A stretch of 64,000 bases of DNA, from contig CAWFKH010000001.1 of NCBI GenBank assembly GCA_963816355.1, positions 32,001 through 96,000 on the forward strand. Reading direction: 5' to 3'. The position numbers and the translations under genes were made by a program. This stretch comes from an uncultured Gemmatimonadales bacterium. GTDB taxonomy: Bacteria > Gemmatimonadota > Gemmatimonadetes > Longimicrobiales > RSA9. Position 1 is the first letter of the stretch. Every line of letters starts with the position of its first letter. A model generated the notes under the pieces. It saw only the letters and a list, made by a program, of their open reading frames with translations. It did not search any database and had not been told where the DNA came from. This document shows positions 10,555 to 20,504 of the stretch, piece by piece.

Positions 10555-11346
10555 TCAGCGCAGCGACAGCGTCACGCCGGCCAGCAGCCGCGCATCGTCC
10601 GGCCGCAGATCCGCGGGCGGCCGGCTGTCCCGCCGCCACTCGAGCGAGAGCTGCACGCCCACCCCGTGCGCGACCGCGACGTCCAGCCCCGCGTCGCTCA
10701 GCACGCGGTAATCCGCCGGCGCCCGCAGCCGCGGCTGGAAGTACAGCACCTCCGTCGCGCTCACGCCCGGCCGCAGATCGAGCGTACCCGCGACGATGCC
10801 GTCCAGCCGCGTCGTTCGCTCCCGCGCGCGCTCCCCCGGCGCCAGCCGCGACGCGTCCAGCCGCTCCCACTCCAGCATCGCGCCCACCCCCGCGTCCACG
10901 CGCCCGCCCGCCCCCGCCGCCAGCCGGCGCCGCACGCCGCTCCCCACCAGCACGCGCCGCTCGAGCAGCAGCCGCGCGTTCGACTGCACCTGCACGAAGT
11001 GGAACGTGCGCCAGCGCCGCGTCAGGAAGTAGCTGTAGCGGAGGTGCACGTAACGGTTGTCCACGAGCCGCTCGCCGCCCCGCTGCTGCAGGTAGTCCGC
11101 GCCCGCGAACAGCCGCACCCAGTGACGCGCCGCGCGGTAAGCCGCCCCGGCGCTCACCGACGCCTGCGCCACCCGCGTGTTGCCCGCGCTCACGCTGCCC
11201 GTGCCCGCGAAGTCGAGCTGCGCCCCCATCACCGTGTCCGACTGCAGCCGCTCCACGTTCAGGATGCTCTGGCCGCGCGCCCCGGCCGCGACTCCGAGCA
11301 GCAGGACGACGGCGGCGGCGCACGCCGCCGTGGCACTCGCCTGCAT
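10555..11346 (-). CDS. DUF481-like outer-membrane beta-barrel protein (start approximate)
   Basis: Signal peptide ending ARG-Q, QSILNVERL, SAGNT, amphipathic strands. Confidence 0.6.
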   Translation of the reverse strand: MQASATAACAAAVVLLLGVAAGARGQSILNVERLQSDTVMGAQLDFAGTGSVSAGNTRVAQASVSAGAAYRAARHWVRLFAGADYLQQRGGERLVDNRYVHLRYSYFLTRRWRTFHFVQVQSNARLLLERRVLVGSGVRRRLAAGAGGRVDAGVGAMLEWERLDASRLAPGERARERTTRLDGIVAGTLDLRPGVSATEVLYFQPRLRAPADYRVLSDAGLDVAVAHGVGVQLSLEWRRDSRPPADLRPDDARLLAGVTLSLR

Positions 11347-11463
11347 CCGCTCCCTCCTCTTCCGACGCTGCACCCCTGGACGCCGCCCGCGCCCGCGCTC
11401 ACCTTCCCCCGCGTCCCGCTGTCACGGGAACCCGATCGCTCCCCGCTCGATTGCGATGGCACG

Positions 11464-12186
11464 ATGCACACGTTCGCCTCGATCCTCGCCGGCGGCCTTG
11501 CCGACGACCTGCAGCGGCACCCGCTGCTGGCCCTCGGCACGCTCTTCGGCGCCGGCGTGCTGACCAGCCTCACGCCGTGCATCTACCCGATGATCCCGAT
11601 CACCATCGGCGTCATCGGCGGGAGCGCGGCCGCGGACCGCACACGCCGCCGCACCGTCCTGCTCACGCTCACCTACGCCGCCGGGCTCGCGCTCCTCTAC
11701 GCGCTGCTCGGGCTGCTCGCCGGGCTGACCGGATCCCTCTTCGGCACCATCAGCGCCAACCCGTGGGCGCGCTTCGCCACCGCCAACCTGCTCCTCCTCT
11801 TCGGCCTGGCGATGCTCGACGTGTTCCCCCTCGCCGCGCCCGCCCGCCTCGTCGCCTGGGCCGGCCGCCTCGGCGGCGGCTCCTTCCCCGCCGTCTTCCT
11901 GCTCGGCGCCACATCCGGCCTCGTCGCCGCGCCCTGCGGCGCGCCCGCGTTCGCCGCCGTCCTCACCTGGGTCGCCGGACAGGGGAGCCCCGCGCTCGGA
12001 TTCGTGTATCTCTTCGTGTTCTCGCTCGGGATGACCGCGCTGCTCATCGTCGCCGGCATCTTCTCCGGCTCGCTCGCGCGCCTGCCGCGCGCCGGCCGCT
12101 GGACCCTCTGGGTCAAGCGGATCGCCGGCGTCGTCCTGATCGGGATGGCGGAATACTACTTCATTCAGATGGGAATGGTACTGTGA
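11464..12186 (+). CDS. ccdA: CcdA/DsbD-beta thiol-disulfide transmembrane electron carrier
   Basis: LTSLTPCIYPMIP and APCGAP cysteine motifs; six TM segments. Confidence 0.85.
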   Translation: MHTFASILAGGLADDLQRHPLLALGTLFGAGVLTSLTPCIYPMIPITIGVIGGSAAADRTRRRTVLLTLTYAAGLALLYALLGLLAGLTGSLFGTISANPWARFATANLLLLFGLAMLDVFPLAAPARLVAWAGRLGGGSFPAVFLLGATSGLVAAPCGAPAFAAVLTWVAGQGSPALGFVYLFVFSLGMTALLIVAGIFSGSLARLPRAGRWTLWVKRIAGVVLIGMAEYYFIQMGMVL

Positions 12187-12800
12187 TCGGATCCAGAATC
12201 GACAGGCCCGAATCGACCGGGACGTCGCCCGAATCGACCGGGACGTCGCCCGAATCGATCGGGACGTCGCCCGAATCGACGCGCCGCCTCGCCGGCGCCG
12301 CGCGCCTCGCGCTCGGCGCGCTCCTCGCCGCCGCCTTCACCGCCGCGCCGGCCGCGCTGCGCGCCCAGGACATCGGCCTCGACGTCGGCACCGCCCCGCC
12401 GGCCGTCACCATCGAGGACCTGCAGGGCAACGCCGTCGACCTCGGCGCCTACGTCGGCAAGCGGCCCGTCCTCCTCGAGTTCTGGGCCACCTGGTGCCCC
12501 ATCTGCAAGGCGCTCGCGCCGCGCATCGAGGCCGCCCACCGCCGCTTCGGCGACCGCGTCGACTTCCTCGTCGTCGCCGTCGCCGTCAACGAGACGCCGC
12601 GCTCGATCCGCCGCCACCTGGCGAAGAACCCGGTGCCCGGCACGGTGCTGTGGGACGTCGACGGCCGCGCCACGCGCGCCTTCGACGCCCCCACCACCTC
12701 CTACGTCGTCGTGCTCGACCGCGCCGGCCGCGTCAGCTACACGGGCAGCGGCAGCGACCAGGACCTGGAGGGCGCGCTGGCGAAGGTCGCCGGCGGCTGA
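12183..12800 (+). CDS. TlpA-family thioredoxin-like disulfide reductase, exported
   Basis: FWATWCPIC motif; GTG start overlaps ccdA stop (GTGA); signal-like segment ending LRA-Q. Confidence 0.85.
   Translation: MIGSRIDRPESTGTSPESTGTSPESIGTSPESTRRLAGAARLALGALLAAAFTAAPAALRAQDIGLDVGTAPPAVTIEDLQGNAVDLGAYVGKRPVLLEFWATWCPICKALAPRIEAAHRRFGDRVDFLVVAVAVNETPRSIRRHLAKNPVPGTVLWDVDGRATRAFDAPTTSYVVVLDRAGRVSYTGSGSDQDLEGALAKVAGG
12207..12280 (+). repeat. 21-bp tandem repeat, about 3.5 copies (PESTGTS)
   Basis: CCCGAATCGACCGGGACGTCG repeated. Confidence 0.9.
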
Positions 12801-12845
12801 GGCGAGCGCTCCGCCGAGCGCGCCCGGGACCCGGACCGACGGCGC

Positions 12846-13469
12846 TCAGCCGCCGCCCGCGCTGTCCGGCGGCACGAGCCGATCGAGCGCCGCACCCAGC
12901 TCCTTGTACGCGGTCGGATCGATCTCGCGGAACGGCGTCGCCGTGTAGGCGATCTTCCCGTCCGGCCCCACCACATACAGGTTGCGGTTCGTGAGGTCCG
13001 GCCGCTGCGGGAAGACGGCGCCGTACGCGCGGCCGACCACCGCGCCGCTGTCGCTCGCCATGAGGAAGGGGAACTCGTCGTCGCGGGCCCACGACGCGAG
13101 ATCGGCGGGCGAGTCCGTGCTGATCGCGATGAGCACGATCCCGTGGCCGTCGTGGAAGAGCTGCGCGTACTGATCACGGTACGCGTGCATTTGGATCGTT
13201 CAGCCCTTCGTCCGCGCGCGCACGAAGAAGGACAGCACGACCGTCTTCCCCTTGTAGTCGCTGAGCCGCACCGGCTCCGCCAGCACCCCCCAGCGCGTCG
13301 CCCCCGGCATGCTGAAGTCCGGCGCGACGTCGCCCGCCTGCAGCGGCTTCACGTCCACCTTCGCCGGCGCGGCTCCGCCCTGCTGCGCCAGCGCCGGCGA
13401 CGGCGCGCCCAGCGCCGCCGCGACGCCTCCGGCCGCCAGCCAACCGAGCAGCTTCGCTCTCCCTCTCAT
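12846..13469 (-). CDS. selenocysteine-containing peroxiredoxin (AhpC/TSA/BCP-like), exported
   Basis: ORFs 13200-13628 and 12846-13190 are in frame across TGA 13202-13200: FFVRARTKG-U-TIQMHAYRDQY, at the TxxC peroxidatic position; SD GGAGG; signal peptide. Confidence 0.85.
13162..13189 (-). promoter_or_regulatory. candidate bacterial SECIS hairpin
   Basis: CGCGTAC-CGTGATCA-GTACGCG stem-loop; loop begins 21 nt after the UGA, with G at loop position 2. Confidence 0.7.
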
Positions 13470-13593
13470 CGCATTCCTCCTGTGACGTTCGGCCCTCGCG
13501 CGGCCGAGCGGCCGCGCGAGAAAGTTCGGTCCGCGCCCAACATACGCGCCCTCGCCGGCACCCGCGAACCGCGCCCGCGAGACGCGACTCGCC

Positions 13594-14838
13594 TCACGCC
13601 ACGCCGCCGTCGCGCGCCTCCTGCGCAATCCGCCCGCCGCCCCCGGGGTTCCCCTCCTCCTCCAGCTCGCCTCGCTGCGCTTCCTCGGGCGGCACCGCCA
13701 CGCGCCGCGCGACGAGCACGTCAGTCGAGGAATGCACGACGATCGACGCGGCGATCACGACGGCGGCGAGCTGGAACACCTTCCCGGCCTGCTCGGCGCC
13801 GCTGCGCAGGACGAGGATCGCGAAGACGACGGAGGCGAACCCCTTCGGTCCGAACCACGCGGCGACGAGCTTCTCCTTGCGCGAGAGGCGGCTGCCCAGG
13901 AGCGCAATGCCGATCGCCAGCGGCCGCGCGACCACCAGCGCGAGCCCCACGAAGGCCAGCTCCGCCAGGCCGAAACCCTGAAAGAGCCGCCCCGCGAGCA
14001 GCGTCCCGAAGAGCAGCACGCCGGCGAACTTGAGCAGGTCCGCGATCCCCTCGCCGAACTCCCGGAACGCCTTCGAGAACCGACCGCCGGTCGAGCTGAG
14101 CGTGGCCCCCGCCGCGAACGCGGCCAGGAACTCGTTGGCGTGCAGCAGCCCGGCCGTCGCGTAGACGATCATCGCCACCGCGACCGCCACGAAGCGCTGG
14201 TACGCGTCGCTCACGCCGAGGAAGCGGAAGCCGGTGACGCGCACGGCGCACCACGCGATCGCGACGCCGACGGCGAGACCCGCCGCGACCGAGCCGGCGA
14301 GCCGGAACGCGAGCGAGCTCGTGTCGTAGGTGGCCAGGATGCCGAGCACGATCGGCAGCGCCAGGCCGTCGTTCAGCCCGCTCTCCACGTTCAGCAGGTG
14401 GCGCAGCCGCCATGGCACCTCCGCCCGCTGCACGAGCGCCGCCGCGAAGACCGGGTCCGTCGGCGAGAGGACGGCGCCCAGGAGGAACGCTTCCCGCCAG
14501 CGCACTCCGACCACCACGTGCGCCGCCAGCGCCGTGAGGCCCAGCGTCAGCGGCATGCCGACCAGCAGCGCGCGACCCGGCGCCCGCCAGCCGCGCCGCA
14601 GGTCGTCCAGCCCGGTGCGCGTGCCGTCCGTGAAGAGGACGCTGAAGAGGACGATCTGCGCCAGGTAGCGCACCGACGCGGCGTCCGCCCTCACCCGCAC
14701 CAGGCCGAAGCCGCCGCCGCCCACCAGCCAGCCCGCCACGAGGAAGACCACCGCCGAGGAGACGATGCTCCGCCGCGAGTAGTCCGAGACGATCGCGGCA
14801 AGGAAGAGGGCCAGCGCGAATGCGAGTACGGCGGTCAT
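13594..14838 (-). CDS. NhaP/CPA1 cation:proton antiporter
   Basis: LSPTDP, VESGLNDG, WFGPKG motifs; many TM segments. Confidence 0.9.
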   Translation of the reverse strand: MTAVLAFALALFLAAIVSDYSRRSIVSSAVVFLVAGWLVGGGGFGLVRVRADAASVRYLAQIVLFSVLFTDGTRTGLDDLRRGWRAPGRALLVGMPLTLGLTALAAHVVVGVRWREAFLLGAVLSPTDPVFAAALVQRAEVPWRLRHLLNVESGLNDGLALPIVLGILATYDTSSLAFRLAGSVAAGLAVGVAIAWCAVRVTGFRFLGVSDAYQRFVAVAVAMIVYATAGLLHANEFLAAFAAGATLSSTGGRFSKAFREFGEGIADLLKFAGVLLFGTLLAGRLFQGFGLAELAFVGLALVVARPLAIGIALLGSRLSRKEKLVAAWFGPKGFASVVFAILVLRSGAEQAGKVFQLAAVVIAASIVVHSSTDVLVARRVAVPPEEAQRGELEEEGNPGGGGRIAQEARDGGVA

Positions 14839-14855
14839 GGCACCGGCGCTTCCGG

Positions 14856-14871
14856 TGCAAGCTCCAATCCA
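14856..14871 (-). promoter_or_regulatory. possible sigma-54-type promoter
   Basis: Minus-strand TGGATTGGAGCTTGCA (GG-N10-GC, TTGCA) just upstream of the antiporter ATG. Confidence 0.35.
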
Positions 14872-14921
14872 CGCGCCGGGCGTGCGGCCCTACGCGCCGC
14901 CCAGCGAGCGCCGCTCCCCGC

Positions 14922-15497
14922 CTACCCGCCGCCCGCCAGCCGCGCGAAGTGCGCCTTGCGCAGCTTCGCGATCTTCGGCTCGATCACCAGCCGGCAGTAC
15001 GACTGCTCCGGGTTGCGCCGGAAGTACTCGCGGTGGTACGCCTCCGCCGCATAAAACGCCTCCAGCGGTGCGACCTCCGTCACGATCGGCCCCCGCCACG
15101 TGCCCGCCCGCTCCAGCTCCGCGATCGCCGACTCCGCCGCCTCGCGCTGCTCCGGCGTGTGGTAGAAGATCGCCGAGCGGTACTGCGTGCCGACATCCGC
15201 CCCTTGCCGGTTCGGCGTCGTCGGGTCGTGGATCGTGAAGAAGACGTCGAGCAGGTCGCGGTAGCTCACCACCGCCGCGTCGAACCGCACCTGGACCGCC
15301 TCCGCGTGCCCGGTCCCGCCGCCGCACACCTGCCGGTACGTCGGGTTCGCCACCGTGCCGCCGGTGTAGCCGGATACCACCGACTCCACCCCGCGGATCA
15401 GCTCGAACGCCGCTTCCAGGCACCAGAAGCAGCCGCCCGCCAGCGTCGCCGTCTCCAGCGCCCGCTCCTCCACTCGCCCTCCCTCGCTCCCGTCCAT
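14922..15497 (-). CDS. msrA: peptide-methionine (S)-S-oxide reductase
   Basis: GGCFWC, SGYTGG, GHAE, HDPT..NRQG.DVG.QYRS, AEAYH. Confidence 0.95.
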   Translation of the reverse strand: MDGSEGGRVEERALETATLAGGCFWCLEAAFELIRGVESVVSGYTGGTVANPTYRQVCGGGTGHAEAVQVRFDAAVVSYRDLLDVFFTIHDPTTPNRQGADVGTQYRSAIFYHTPEQREAAESAIAELERAGTWRGPIVTEVAPLEAFYAAEAYHREYFRRNPEQSYCRLVIEPKIAKLRKAHFARLAGGG

Positions 15498-15511
15498 CGC
15501 CCGACTCCCCT

Positions 15512-17545
15512 TCAGCTCGCCGCGCCGCCGCCCGCGCCGGCGGGCAGCGTGCGGGCGAGGAGCGGACCGATCTCGGGGCCGCGGCCCATGAAGGCGCGGT
15601 AGAGCGCGTCCGGCTCTGCGCTCAGTCCCGGCCGCAGGATCGCCTCCGCGAACGCCTCGCCCACCGCCCGGCTCAGCAGGCCCTCCCGCTTGAAGCGCGT
15701 GAACGCGTCCGCGTCCAGCATCTCGCTCCACTTGTACGAATGGTACGCCGCCGCGTAGCCGCCGCCGAAGATGTGGGTGAAGGCGCACAGGAAGTCGTTG
15801 TCGGCGAAGTCCGGCCGCACCGCGTAGCGGCCGAGCACCTCGCGCCCGCGCGCCAGCGGGTCGCCCGCCGCGTGCGCGTGCAGGTCGAGGTCGACCGCGC
15901 CGAAGCCGAGCTGCCGCATCTGCGCGCTCGCGGAGCGGAAGTCGCGCGAGCGGCGCAGGCGCTCCACCACCTCGCCCGGGATCGGCTCGCCGGAATCGAC
16001 GTGGCCGGAGAAGAGCGGCAGCGCCTCCGGCTCCCAGCACCAGTTCTCCATGATCTGCGACGGCAGCTCGACGAAGTCGCGAGGCACGCGCGTGCCCGAG
16101 CGCGTCTTCAGCTCCGCCGTCGACAGCGCCGCGTGCAGCAGGTGGCCGAACTCGTGGAAGAGCGTCTCCACCTCGCCGTGCGTGAGCAGCGGCGGCCCGC
16201 CTTCCGGCGGCGGCGTGAAGTTCGCGCACACCGCGATCAGGTGCGGTTCGAAGCCGCGCTCCGCCGGCCCGCCCGTGACCAGCCCCTCCTTCCACGCGCC
16301 GCCCCGCTTCGTCGGCCGCGGGAAGAGGTCGAGGTAGAACGACGCCCGGTGCACGCCGGCGTCGTCGCGCAGCTCGAAGTAGCGCACGTCCGGGTGCCAC
16401 AGCGCCTGCGTGGCGCGCTCCTCCACTTGCACGCCGAAGAGCCGGCCCGCGATCTCGAACAGCCCCTCGAGCACCCGCGGCAGCGGGAAGTACGGCCGCA
16501 GCGCCTCCTCGTCGATGTCGAAACGCTCGCGCCGCAGCCGCTCCGCCAGGAAGGCGACGTCCCACGGCTCCAGCCGCGCGTAGCCCTGACGCCCCGCCGC
16601 CGCCTCCAGCGCCTCGCTCTCCGCGCGGAAGTGCGGCGCCGTCCTCGTCGTCAGCAGCGCGACGAACTCCTCCGCCCGCGCCGCGGAGCCGACCATGTTC
16701 AGCTCGGCCGCGTACTGCGCGAAGCTCTCCCGGCCGAGCAGCGCCGCCAGCTCCCGCCGCGCCGCCAGGATGCGCGCGATCACCGGACGGTTGTCGTACG
16801 GCGGACGCGAGGCGACCGAGACGTGCGCCTCGTGCATGCGACGTCGCAGGTCGCGCCGCTCCGCGTAGCGCTGGAATGGCGCGTACGACGGCGCGTGCAG
16901 CGTGAACACCCAGCCGTCCACCCCGCGCGCCGCCGCCTCCCGCCGCGCCAGCGAGAGCAGCGACGCCGGCAGCCCCGCCACCTCCGCCGCCTCGCGCAGG
17001 TGCAGCGAGAACGCGTTCCGCGAGTCCAGCACCTGGTTCTCGAAGCGCGTCTGCAGCTCCGACAACTCCACCCGCAGCGCCGCCACCCGCTCCCGCGACG
17101 CCGCCGGCAGGCTGGCACCCGCGTGCCGCAGCTCCCGCAGCGCCCGCTCCAGGTAGAAGCGCCGCGGCTCCGCCAGCGCGCGCGCCTCCGCCGTCTCCGC
17201 GTACTCGCGCAGCGCCCCCCACACCGCCGGATCCGTGTCGATCCGCGCGAAGAACCGCTCGTACTCCGGCTGCGCCTCCGCGTGCGCCGCCCGCAGCGCC
17301 GGCGTGCTCCATACGTTCATCAGGTGCTCGACGATCCCGCTCACCCGCTCGACCCGCGACACCTCCTCGTCGAGCCGCGCCACCGTGAGCGCGAACGTGC
17401 GTCCGCCCGCGCCACCCGCCAGCTCGCCGATCCCCCGCTCCGCCCGCGCCACCGCCGCGCGCACCGCGCCCCGCACGTCGGCCGCCGTGATGCGGTCGAA
17501 GCGGACCGGAAAATCTTCCTCCAGCAGCGCGTTCAACGCCGGCAT
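15512..17545 (-). CDS. prlC: M3 oligopeptidase A / Dcp family metallopeptidase
   Basis: TLFHEFGH, DFVELPSQ, KRGGAW, HIFGGGYAA. Confidence 0.9.
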   Translation of the reverse strand: MPALNALLEEDFPVRFDRITAADVRGAVRAAVARAERGIGELAGGAGGRTFALTVARLDEEVSRVERVSGIVEHLMNVWSTPALRAAHAEAQPEYERFFARIDTDPAVWGALREYAETAEARALAEPRRFYLERALRELRHAGASLPAASRERVAALRVELSELQTRFENQVLDSRNAFSLHLREAAEVAGLPASLLSLARREAAARGVDGWVFTLHAPSYAPFQRYAERRDLRRRMHEAHVSVASRPPYDNRPVIARILAARRELAALLGRESFAQYAAELNMVGSAARAEEFVALLTTRTAPHFRAESEALEAAAGRQGYARLEPWDVAFLAERLRRERFDIDEEALRPYFPLPRVLEGLFEIAGRLFGVQVEERATQALWHPDVRYFELRDDAGVHRASFYLDLFPRPTKRGGAWKEGLVTGGPAERGFEPHLIAVCANFTPPPEGGPPLLTHGEVETLFHEFGHLLHAALSTAELKTRSGTRVPRDFVELPSQIMENWCWEPEALPLFSGHVDSGEPIPGEVVERLRRSRDFRSASAQMRQLGFGAVDLDLHAHAAGDPLARGREVLGRYAVRPDFADNDFLCAFTHIFGGGYAAAYHSYKWSEMLDADAFTRFKREGLLSRAVGEAFAEAILRPGLSAEPDALYRAFMGRGPEIGPLLARTLPAGAGGGAAS

Positions 17546-17636
17546 CTCTCCCTCGTCTCGGGTCCCGCCGCGCCGCGAACGCCGCCGCGCCCCACCGCGC
17601 CGCGCCGCGCGCGCCGTCCGCCCGACGCGCGACCGA

Positions 17637-18830
17637 TCACGGCTCGCCGGTCATGATGAAGAGCGGGCGGCCGTTGAACTCGTAGATCGGGCGCAGCCGG
17701 TCGGTGTTGTAGTACTTCGCGACGCGGACGTACTTCTTGGCGCCCGTGACGGCGTCGATCGGCACGCTGTCGTAGTGGCCGTGGTGGATGCTGACGAGGC
17801 GGCCGAAGTTGCCGCCGAGCACGAGGTCGAGCGCGAGGTTGCCGAACGCCATCGGCACGATCGAGTCCATCGCGTCCGGGTCGCCGGAGCGCACGAGGTA
17901 GCCGAGCCGCTGGTTCACGACGTCGATGCGGCGGCCGCCGTTGTACTTCGGCGAGCGGTCCTTCAGCAGCGCGGCCACCTTGTCGCCCACGCCGCCCAGC
18001 TTGCGGTGCCCGTACTGGTCGCGCTCCTCGCTCTCGAACGACATCTCCGCCTCGCCCAGGATCGTCGCGCCCTCCGACACCAGCACCACCGCGTAGCGGC
18101 TGGGGTGCCGGTTGCGATCGTACACCAGCAGCTCCGTGAGGCGCTCGATGTCGAACGGGTGCTCCGGAATCACGCAGCGGTCCGCCGCCCCCGCCATCGT
18201 CGGCAGCAGCGCGGTGAAGCCGGCGTAGCGGCCGAACACCTCGATCACCAGGAAGCGCTCGTGCGAGCCGGCCGACGTGCGCAGCCGGTGCGTCAGCTCG
18301 ATCGTGCGCGTGACGCACGTGCTGAACCCGATGCAGTAGTCGGTGCCCGGCACGTCGTTGTCCATCGTCTTCGGCACCGCCACCGTCGGCACGCCCGCCG
18401 CGTGCAGCCGCGCCGCGTAGCTCAGCGTGTCGTCGCCGCCGATCGGGATCAGCGCGTCAACGCCCAGGAATTCGAGGTTCTTCAGGATCTCCGGCGTGAT
18501 GTCGTTGACGTCCGCCCCGTAGCGTCCGGCGAGGTGCGGCGGCACGCGCTCGCGAGGGAGGTGGCTCGGCCGCGTCCGCGAACTGTGCAGGAACGTGCCG
18601 CCGGTCCGCCCCGCCCGGTTCACGATCGCCTCCGTCAGCTCCTGGACGTGCTCGCCGTTGTCCGCGCCCGCCTCCGGCACCAGGTCCACAAGACCCGCCC
18701 AGCCGTGGCGGATCCCCAGGACGCGGTAGCCCTCGCGCGCGGCGCGGATCGTGATCGCGCGGATCGCGGGATTGAGGCCGGGGACGTCACCGCCCCCGGT
18801 GAGAATGGCGATGGTGCCCTTGCTGGCCAT
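17637..18830 (-). CDS. pfkA: 6-phosphofructokinase (PPi-type signature)
   Basis: LTGGGDVPGLN, GGDDT, PKTMDND, EVFGR. Confidence 0.92.
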   Translation of the reverse strand: MASKGTIAILTGGGDVPGLNPAIRAITIRAAREGYRVLGIRHGWAGLVDLVPEAGADNGEHVQELTEAIVNRAGRTGGTFLHSSRTRPSHLPRERVPPHLAGRYGADVNDITPEILKNLEFLGVDALIPIGGDDTLSYAARLHAAGVPTVAVPKTMDNDVPGTDYCIGFSTCVTRTIELTHRLRTSAGSHERFLVIEVFGRYAGFTALLPTMAGAADRCVIPEHPFDIERLTELLVYDRNRHPSRYAVVLVSEGATILGEAEMSFESEERDQYGHRKLGGVGDKVAALLKDRSPKYNGGRRIDVVNQRLGYLVRSGDPDAMDSIVPMAFGNLALDLVLGGNFGRLVSIHHGHYDSVPIDAVTGAKKYVRVAKYYNTDRLRPIYEFNGRPLFIMTGEP

Positions 18831-18912
18831 GGTGACGTGCTCGATCTGCGGTGTGGAGGTCGGCGGCGATGCGGGACGTGCGGCGCGCGGCTCTCCGCGT
18901 GGATCCCGCGCC

Positions 18913-19146
18913 TCAGCGCGAGTCGCCGCCCTTGTAGCGGTACGTGATGCGGCCCCGGGAGAAGTCGTACGGCGACACCTCGAGCGCCACCCGGTCCCCC
19001 TGCAGCACCCGGATCTTGAACTTCGACATCTTGCCGCTCGCGTACGCCAGAACAATGTGACCGTTGTCGAGCTGGACCCGGAAGTTCTGGTCCGGGAGCA
19101 CCTCCGTCACCACGCCTTCCACCTGAATCGCTTCCTGCTTCGCCAT
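18913..19146 (-). CDS. infA: translation initiation factor IF-1
   Basis: [11 protein letters not shown]...SGKM...IRVLQGDRV...SPYD..RGRITYR. Confidence 0.97.
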   Translation of the reverse strand: MAKQEAIQVEGVVTEVLPDQNFRVQLDNGHIVLAYASGKMSKFKIRVLQGDRVALEVSPYDFSRGRITYRYKGGDSR

Positions 19147-19392
19147 AGATCGCCCCGCGCCACGTGAGCCTGCCCTGCACGACGACGCCCGCCGAGCGCG
19201 CCGGCGGCGCCGCGTCGATCGGGCGGTTCGCACCGGCGCACCCCGCGCCGGTGAATTCCTCTGAATCTACTCCTTGCGGCGTACCCGCGCCACCCGTTCC
19301 CGCGCCCGCTCTTGTCCCCGCGCCCGCCGCCCGCCATCCTTGCCCGACCGCGCCTCCCGCCCACGCCGCGCCCCCCGAACCGGACGCCCGCC

Positions 19393-20220
19393 ATGTTTCC
19401 GAGCTACGCCGCGCTGCACCCGGAGATCGTCCACTTCGTCATCGCGCTCCTCATCGTCGGCGTCGCCTTCCGCGTCGTCTCGCTCGGCCGCTGGTTCCGC
19501 TTCACCGACGGCGCCGCCGCGACGCTCCTCCTCGCCGGCACCGCCGCCGCCGTCCTCGCCGTCAGCACCGGCCAGCGCGCCCACGGCGCCGCCGAGCGCA
19601 TCCCCGGCGCGCGCCAGGCCGTCCAGGAGCACGAGGAGTGGGGCGAGCGCACCCGCGACGCGTTCCTCGTCGTCTCCGCCCTCGAGATCCTCGCCCTCCT
19701 CGCCGCCGCCGCCGGACCCGACAGGCGACGCCGCCTCGTCACCGGCCTCAAGGCCGCCTCCGCCGTCGTCGGCGTCGCCGGCATCGCCGTCCTCTTCGAG
19801 GCCGGTGAGCACGGCGGCGACCTCGTCTACGGCTACGCCGGCGGCGTCGGCACCCGCTCCGGCGACACCGCCGATATCCGCCACCTCCTCGTCGCCGGCC
19901 TCTACAACGAGGCGATGGTCGCCCGCCGCGCCGGCGACCACACCCGCGCCGCCGCGCTGCTCGCCCAGCTCGCCGCCCTGCGGCCCGCCGACCCCGCCAC
20001 CCGCCTCCTCGAGATCGAATCGATGATCCAGGACCGCGACCAGCCCCGCGCCGCCCTCGCCGCCCTCGACTCCATCGCCGCCGCCCCCGCCGCCGACCGC
20101 TTCACCCGCTTCCGCGCCGGCCGCCTCCGCGCCGCCGCGTACGAAAAGCTCGGCATGCCGGACTCCGCCCGCGCCGTCACCGAGGCGCTGCAGCGCGAGC
20201 TCCAGGCCGCGCGGCGCTGA
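19393..20220 (+). CDS. DUF2231-like membrane protein with C-terminal TPR-like helices
   Basis: LHPEIVHF, TG..A, HEEWG, GEHGGDLVY motifs. Confidence 0.7.
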   Translation: MFPSYAALHPEIVHFVIALLIVGVAFRVVSLGRWFRFTDGAAATLLLAGTAAAVLAVSTGQRAHGAAERIPGARQAVQEHEEWGERTRDAFLVVSALEILALLAAAAGPDRRRRLVTGLKAASAVVGVAGIAVLFEAGEHGGDLVYGYAGGVGTRSGDTADIRHLLVAGLYNEAMVARRAGDHTRAAALLAQLAALRPADPATRLLEIESMIQDRDQPRAALAALDSIAAAPAADRFTRFRAGRLRAAAYEKLGMPDSARAVTEALQRELQAARR

Positions 20221-20504
20221 CGGCCGGCGCCCTTCCCGTGACGCCTCGTCACCGCCTCGCCCCGCCCCATCCCGCCGCGCCGCGGCGGCGGAACGCACCG
20301 CCCCGGCGCAGAGTACCACTCTCGTGGTGGCGTGGCGCCCGGCTGGGGCCGGGTGCGCCACGCCGGCCCCAGCGGCGTTCCTCCGCTCCGATCACGACCG
20401 GCGCCCTGTGCACGGCGCGTCCGAACGATAGATTGTCGGTCCAGATCCCCCATGGCCCGGGCAGCCGGATCGCCCGCGCCCACACCCGCACCGCGTAGGC
20501 CCGC

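Noticed and set aside
7104..12182. Very long alternative-frame and antisense ORFs (e.g. 1898, 1426, 1344, 1319 aa)
   Set aside because: Arg/Pro/Ala-rich shadow ORFs expected at this GC content; only short terminal parts (TlpA, ABC ATPase) are real genes
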